Positions 59,112 through 64,000 of a stretch of DNA of 64,000 nt are shown here, in pieces; positions within the stretch are counted from its first letter, which is position 1, and each line of letters begins with the position of its first letter. The notes beneath the pieces are model-generated. The model did no database searches, was not told the origin of the DNA, and saw only the letters and a list, made by a program, of their open reading frames with translations. Origin of the DNA: an uncultured Pseudomonadota bacterium (GTDB lineage: Bacteria; Pseudomonadota; Alphaproteobacteria; RF32; CAG-239); NCBI GenBank assembly GCA_949286215.1, contig CASDYX010000014.1:18373-82372 (forward strand), read 5' to 3'. Position numbers and translations under genes: made by a program.

Positions 59112-59513
59112 ATGCCCTCAACGACAAATTTTGGAATAATCAAAAAACTCAAAAGCATTGTTCGCAAAACCGGAAATGTATTTTTTGGGAGCGGCAGGGA
59201 TAAGGGAATTACCGAAGAAATTGCCCGCAAAATTCAAAGAACGGCATATGAGGTTTCTCAAACCCATCACAAAGAAACTTTTACACCGCCTTATAAGGAA
59301 ATAGCCAAACAGCTACAAGTTCAGGACGAAACAATCTATCGAGCCGCCATTTATCGCTTAACGGATATTGCCGTCAATGAAGATCGCATGGCACTCGATA
59401 TTTTGGATATGTTGGAGCAAGAAGTAAAAAAGACTGCAAAGAACAAAGACTTGCAAGAATATATTCAACAAAAAATAGATTTTATTAAACAGGTAAGAAA
59501 AGTAAAACCATGA
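59112..59513 (+). CDS. Hypothetical protein
   Basis: 133 aa, GGAG RBS. Confidence 0.6.
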   Translation: MPSTTNFGIIKKLKSIVRKTGNVFFGSGRDKGITEEIARKIQRTAYEVSQTHHKETFTPPYKEIAKQLQVQDETIYRAAIYRLTDIAVNEDRMALDILDMLEQEVKKTAKNKDLQEYIQQKIDFIKQVRKVKP

Positions 59514-59959
59514 GTGAAGATAGACCTAATATCCCCGATGAATTGAAGCCTGCACGTCCAAGCTGGCATAAAAGAATATTAATGACAGCTTTGCGTTCAC
59601 CTCTGAGTACGATAATAATTCTGTTATTTTTATATTGTGGTATTCAAGCCTTTTTATTGAATATAAATCCGACAGGCAATAAGTTATATATGCTTTGCCT
59701 GATTTTTATCTGGATATTTTGGTATGTGGCCCGCAATTTGTTTCAGCTGATATTATTAGCCATCATCATTGCGTATGGCGTATCTTTGTATCACGATTAT
59801 TCTACCCGCGAAATTTCGCAATGTGAAGCCTCCGGCGGGGAGTGGAATGAGCAAACCGAGCAATGTGAAGAAAAAACCGGATTTTGGGCCGGAGTATTTA
59901 GAAGATTTCATGATTTGGCAACTTATGCTGAAGATAATGAAAAAAAAGCTCCCGAATAG
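59510..59959 (+). CDS. Hypothetical membrane protein
   Basis: About three TM helices plus a CEASGGEW..CEE Cys pair; ATGA coupling. Confidence 0.6.
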   Translation: MSEDRPNIPDELKPARPSWHKRILMTALRSPLSTIIILLFLYCGIQAFLLNINPTGNKLYMLCLIFIWIFWYVARNLFQLILLAIIIAYGVSLYHDYSTREISQCEASGGEWNEQTEQCEEKTGFWAGVFRRFHDLATYAEDNEKKAPE

Positions 59960-59971
59960 GGAGCTTTTTTT
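59941..59971. terminator. Bidirectional terminator
   Basis: AAAAAAAGCTCCC/GGGAGCTTTTTTT. Confidence 0.75.
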
Positions 59972-59972
59972 A

Positions 59973-61788
59973 TTATTCAACGGTGACCGACTTAGCTAAG
60001 TTTCTTGGTTGATCCACTTCTCGTCCCAATGCATCAGCCGTGTAGTAGGCCAAAAGTTGCAATTGGATATTTGCAAGCATGGGGAAAGTTGTTTCATCGG
60101 CTTGCGGGGTAAATAAGCAGGTGTCAAATAACCCTTCTTTAATATCAGAATGAGATTGCAAAACAGCAATAACTTTTGCATTTCTGGCTTTTGCCTCTTC
60201 ACAGTTTGAAATCATTTTAGCAAATGTTACGCCAGGGCCTAAAATAGCAATTACCGGCATATGTTCATCTAATAGGGCAATCGGGCCATGTTTGAGCTCT
60301 CCTGCGGCATAAGCATTAGCATTTATGTAGCTGATTTCTTTGAGCTTGAGAGCCCCTTCCAAAGCACTGGCCAAGTTAATTCCGCGTCCGATATAAACCA
60401 AATCGCTATAAGATGTAAATTTTTTTGCCAAATTTTGCGCCGCAGTAGAATTGCTTAAAATCTCTTCCATCTTAGCCGGCAATTCGGTTAAATTTTGCTT
60501 TAATGCGGCTAATTGAGCAGATGAAATAGAGGCTTTTTGCTCTGCAAAATACAACCCCATCCAGTAAAGAGCTGCCAGCTGAGCCGTATAAGATTTGGTC
60601 GCCGCCACACTTACCTCAATTCCTGCATGAAGCGGAACAACACAATCTCCATAGCGAACAATGCTTGAATCTTCACGATTGGTCAAAATAAGAATTTGCG
60701 CACCTTTTTCTTTGGCCTGCTTAACAGCAGTAATCGTATCTGCTGTTTCGCCTGATTGTGAAATTCCAATAAACAAAGTATTAGGGTTTGTAATATTTTT
60801 GCGATAAATATATTCGCTGGCCGCTTCCACATGCACCGGAATCTGGAGCCAATCTTCCCAAAGATTTTGCGCAAACATTGCGGCGTGCAAAGAAGTTCCG
60901 CAGGCAATAATGCTGATATTTTGAATTTTTTCCAAATTTAGCGTGCAAGGCAATTTGCCCCAAACAAGAGCTTCTTCGCTCAGGTGTTCTTGCACGATTT
61001 TACGAATAATAGCGGGTTGTTCGTTAATTTCTTTCAGCATAAAATGCTTATATCCGGCTTTACTGATAACTTCAGGATTAAAGCCGATTTCCTCAATTTC
61101 TTTATTAATGAGATTTCCGTTTAAGTCTTTGACTACCACCGAGTTTTGTTTAACAATGGCCAACTCGCCGTCATTGAGGTGAATAATTTTTTTAACCTTG
61201 CCGAGAACGGCCGGAATATCGCTGGCAATAAAGTTTTCATTGTCACCCAAACCGATAATGAGGGGAGCATTTTTGCGCACGGCAATAATTTTGTCGGGCT
61301 CGTCTTTGTGCATAATGCAAAAGGCAAACGCCCCTTCCAACTGCTTAACGGCTTTGATGACGGCTTGCTCCAGATTAGCGCAAATTTTGTATTCTTTATC
61401 AATCAAATGCACGGCAGTTTCGGTATCTGTTTGTGAGTGAAACACAAAACCTTCTTTTTCAAGGCGGTTGCGTAATTCTTGATAGTTTTCAATAATGCCG
61501 TTGTGAACCAAAACCAACTTTGTGAGCATTTTCAACCGTTGCTTTGCCATGCGTTGCCCAACGAATATGTCCGATTCCCAAATGGGATGATTGGACTTGG
61601 GCTTGGTGGTTAGAGATAACCTCAAACAGGTTGTTGAGTTTTCCTTTAGCCTTAAAAACATCAATTTCGTTATTGTCGTTTAAGGCAATACCGGCAGAAT
61701 CATAGCCTCTGTATTCCAAATTTTTCAAGCCGTCAAGCAAGGTTTGAGCAACGGCATTATTGCCGATATATCCGATTAATCCACACAT
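59973..61788 (-). pseudogene. glmS: Glutamine-fructose-6-phosphate transaminase, frameshifted near 61521
   Basis: MCG...EYRGYDSAG...RWATHG..ENAH in one frame; KLVLVHNGIIENY...ELKHGPIAL...PRNLAKSVTVE in another; the intervening PHxS residues are missing. Confidence 0.85.
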
Positions 61789-61800
61789 AGTTATTTCTCC

Positions 61801-62322
61801 TTATTTGAGGTATCCGATTTTGCGTAAGGTATTGAGCACATTTTCTTTATTGCGCTTTTTGATTGGCTTAATCGGTCGTCCGGCATAAACCGTCCAAGGT
61901 TCAAATTTGTAGTTTGACGGAACAAAACTCAAAGCACCGATGCTAACCCCTTCGGGAATATTGTTGTTAGGCATAATCACAGAGTTTGTGCCGACACCTG
62001 TATATTTTCCTAAAGTAACATTACCTTGAATTTCTTTAACTTCGGGTAAGGAGTGGGTAACAAGCTCGTTGACATAGTCGTTGCTGCTGAGCCAAATTTT
62101 AACTCCTGCAGCAAGGCTTGAGCATTCCCCCATCTGAAAAGTGTATTTACCATCACCTCCGGCAATATAAGTTCCGGGAGCAATTTCGCAATCTGAGCCG
62201 ATTTTGCAGGCAGAAGAGATACGGCAAAAATCCGCGATTCTGACATTGTCGCCGATATCCATGAGTTCAGGCTTTTTAATGATGACATATTCGCCTAAAG
62301 TGAAATTCTTTCCGTGTTTCAT
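61801..62322 (-). CDS. Hexapeptide-repeat acyltransferase
   Basis: IGDNVRIADF, GTNSVIMP and WTVYAGRP motifs. Confidence 0.85.
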   Translation of the reverse strand: MKHGKNFTLGEYVIIKKPELMDIGDNVRIADFCRISSACKIGSDCEIAPGTYIAGGDGKYTFQMGECSSLAAGVKIWLSSNDYVNELVTHSLPEVKEIQGNVTLGKYTGVGTNSVIMPNNNIPEGVSIGALSFVPSNYKFEPWTVYAGRPIKPIKKRNKENVLNTLRKIGYLK

Positions 62323-62504
62323 ATTTTAGTTCCCTGTTTAATTGTTAACTAAAAATATTGTTGCGGAAAGTTCTAAAAAACACAAACCAAATAAAATTAC
62401 AAATTGTTACGTTGTTGATATTCCTAAAATATTTCAAATTATTACAAAAAAGAACTCTCTTTATTCAAGAGAGTTCTTGTAAAAAATTTTATATGCCTTG
62501 GGCA

Positions 62505-63332
62505 CTATTTATTAGCACCTTGAGCAGGCATAACTTTACCATCCAAGTCATATCTTTCGATTTTAGCTTTAGTGTTCAAACCTTCAAAAACTTGAGCAAC
62601 GGCTTGTTGAGTAAGCATGGCTTCAATTTGCGGACGAACAACTTTAAGTTCCAAAGGTTTAGTGTTACGAATGTCATCAACTTGAATAATGTGGTAACCA
62701 AATTGGGTTTTTACCGGAGATTTGGAGTAAGTACCTTTCTTCATTGCAAAGGCTGCTTTACCAAACTCTGGTACCATCATATTTTGAGTGAAATAGCCCA
62801 AATCTACAGCTTGGTCTTTAGAATATTTTTTAGCCAAATCGTTAAATTTAGCACCTTTTTTCAGCTGAGCGATAATGTCTTTAGCTTGAGATTCGGAGTT
62901 AACCAAAATATGACGAGCTTTAATTTCTTTTTGAGATTTGAAATCTTTTTTATATTTGTCATAAGCAGCTTTAATTTCTTTATCGGTAACAACTTTTTTA
63001 ACCTTCTTTTCTAAGAAGACTTTGCGAGCCACATCTTCTTGAGCGGTTTTGAGTTGTTCCTTGTATTCCGGAGTATTTGTAACATCATCAGCAACGGCAG
63101 CTTGATAAACGAGTTTGCCGTTAACATAGATATCCAAAGCTTTAGCATAAAAATCTTCAAAAGGTACTTTAGCTTTTATTTGCGGATTTTCTTCATAACC
63201 TTTTTTAATTTCGTCAACGGTAATCTCTTCACCGTTAACAACAGCGGCGATTCCGTCTTTGCCTTCTGCAAAAGCATTATGCGAGAAAGCCAAGGCAGAT
63301 ACAACAGCCAAAGCCAAATATTTGTTTTTCAT
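62505..63332 (-). CDS. Periplasmic parvulin-type peptidyl-prolyl isomerase (PrsA/PpiC-like)
   Basis: Signal peptide; ARHILV, FNDLAKKYS, DLGYF..MVPEF and TQFGYHII motifs. Confidence 0.9.
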   Translation of the reverse strand: MKNKYLALAVVSALAFSHNAFAEGKDGIAAVVNGEEITVDEIKKGYEENPQIKAKVPFEDFYAKALDIYVNGKLVYQAAVADDVTNTPEYKEQLKTAQEDVARKVFLEKKVKKVVTDKEIKAAYDKYKKDFKSQKEIKARHILVNSESQAKDIIAQLKKGAKFNDLAKKYSKDQAVDLGYFTQNMMVPEFGKAAFAMKKGTYSKSPVKTQFGYHIIQVDDIRNTKPLELKVVRPQIEAMLTQQAVAQVFEGLNTKAKIERYDLDGKVMPAQGANK

Positions 63333-63511
63333 AATATTTACCTCCGTAAAACATTAAACTTTGCTTATTTATATAATATACGGTCAAAAAAATCCAAACT
63401 ATTTTTTTATATGGTTTATAACTTTGAATGAATAAGAGTAAACTATTGACTTTATGAGAGATAAACACTAAATGTAGAAAGAATTTAAGAATTAGAATAA
63501 GGTAAAATAAT

Positions 63512-64000
63512 ATGATAGGTAAACTCGCCCGTGCCATCTTCGGCAGTGCCAATGACCGCTTTGTTAAGAAGCAATACAAAATTGTCCAAAGAATCAATGC
63601 CTTGGAGCCAGAAATTACCAAATTGAGTGATGCTGAGCTAAAAGCCAAGACCGATGAGTTCAAACAACGCCTACAAGCAGGTGAAACCTTAGATGACTTA
63701 TTGCCGGAAGCTTTTGCAACCGTTCGTGAGGCAGCCAAACGCACACTTGGTCAACGCCACTATGATGTTCAGTTGATAGGTGGTATTGTTCTGCACAAAG
63801 GTATGATAGCCGAAATGAAAACCGGTGAAGGTAAAACTCTGGTTGCCACCTTGGCTGCATATTTGAATGCGCTGACCGGTAAGGGCGTTCACATTGTTAC
63901 CGTAAACGATTACTTAGCAAAGCGTGACGCAGAGTGGATGGGACAAGTTTATCGCTTTTTGGGCTTGAGTGTTGACTATATTGTTCATGAAAAAAATGAT
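63512..64000 (+). CDS. secA: Preprotein translocase SecA (5' part, runs off the window; absent from the ORF track)
   Basis: Manual translation: [16 protein letters not shown]...[55 protein letters not shown]. Confidence 0.96.
   Translation, partial: MIGKLARAIFGSANDRFVKKQYKIVQRINALEPEITKLSDAELKAKTDEFKQRLQAGETLDDLLPEAFATVREAAKRTLGQRHYDVQLIGGIVLHKGMIAEMKTGEGKTLVATLAAYLNALTGKGVHIVTVNDYLAKRDAEWMGQVYRFLGLSVDYIVHEKND

Noticed and set aside
61489-61540. Programmed ribosomal frameshift in glmS
   Set aside because: No canonical slippery site or stimulator, and conserved residues are physically missing, so recoding could not restore the protein.

Overview
An AT-rich bacterial chromosome segment, almost certainly alphaproteobacterial. 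The evidence is rpoH, prmC-DUF4167-clpB, chpT, and the rne / amiC-mrcA-prfB and ppiC / secA gene orders. A host-associated Rhodospirillales-like lineage is my inference. Most of the window is housekeeping genes: thyX, asnS, rpoH, prmC, clpB, trmFO-hpnCDE, chpT-cheY-cheR, rne, amiC, mrcA, prfB (+1 frameshift), tRNA-Glu, tRNA-Asp, a frameshifted glmS and the 5' end of secA. The standout is an ~11 kb phage-derived module at 41.2-52.6 kb. It encodes a T7/BPP-1-like podoviral packaging, lysis, head and tail-tube set with no integrase, replication genes, att sites or tail fibre, and it sits among core genes with intact frames. It is paired with a divergent HTH/S24 repressor, two TAGGAA-N4-TTCTT operator-like motifs, a perfect CtrA box and three internal intrinsic terminators. 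I interpret it as a candidate podovirus-derived gene transfer agent (GTA), unrelated in structure to the siphoviral RcGTA. Other notable items: a stand-alone CD38/ADP-ribosyl-cyclase-like gene coupled to clpB; a secreted Cys-rich protein switched off by a 32-bp tandem duplication; hairpin-rich elements at both tRNA 3' ends with duplicated tRNA ends; and a glmS broken by a small out-of-frame deletion. All family assignments come from motif recognition by eye. No database searches were run.
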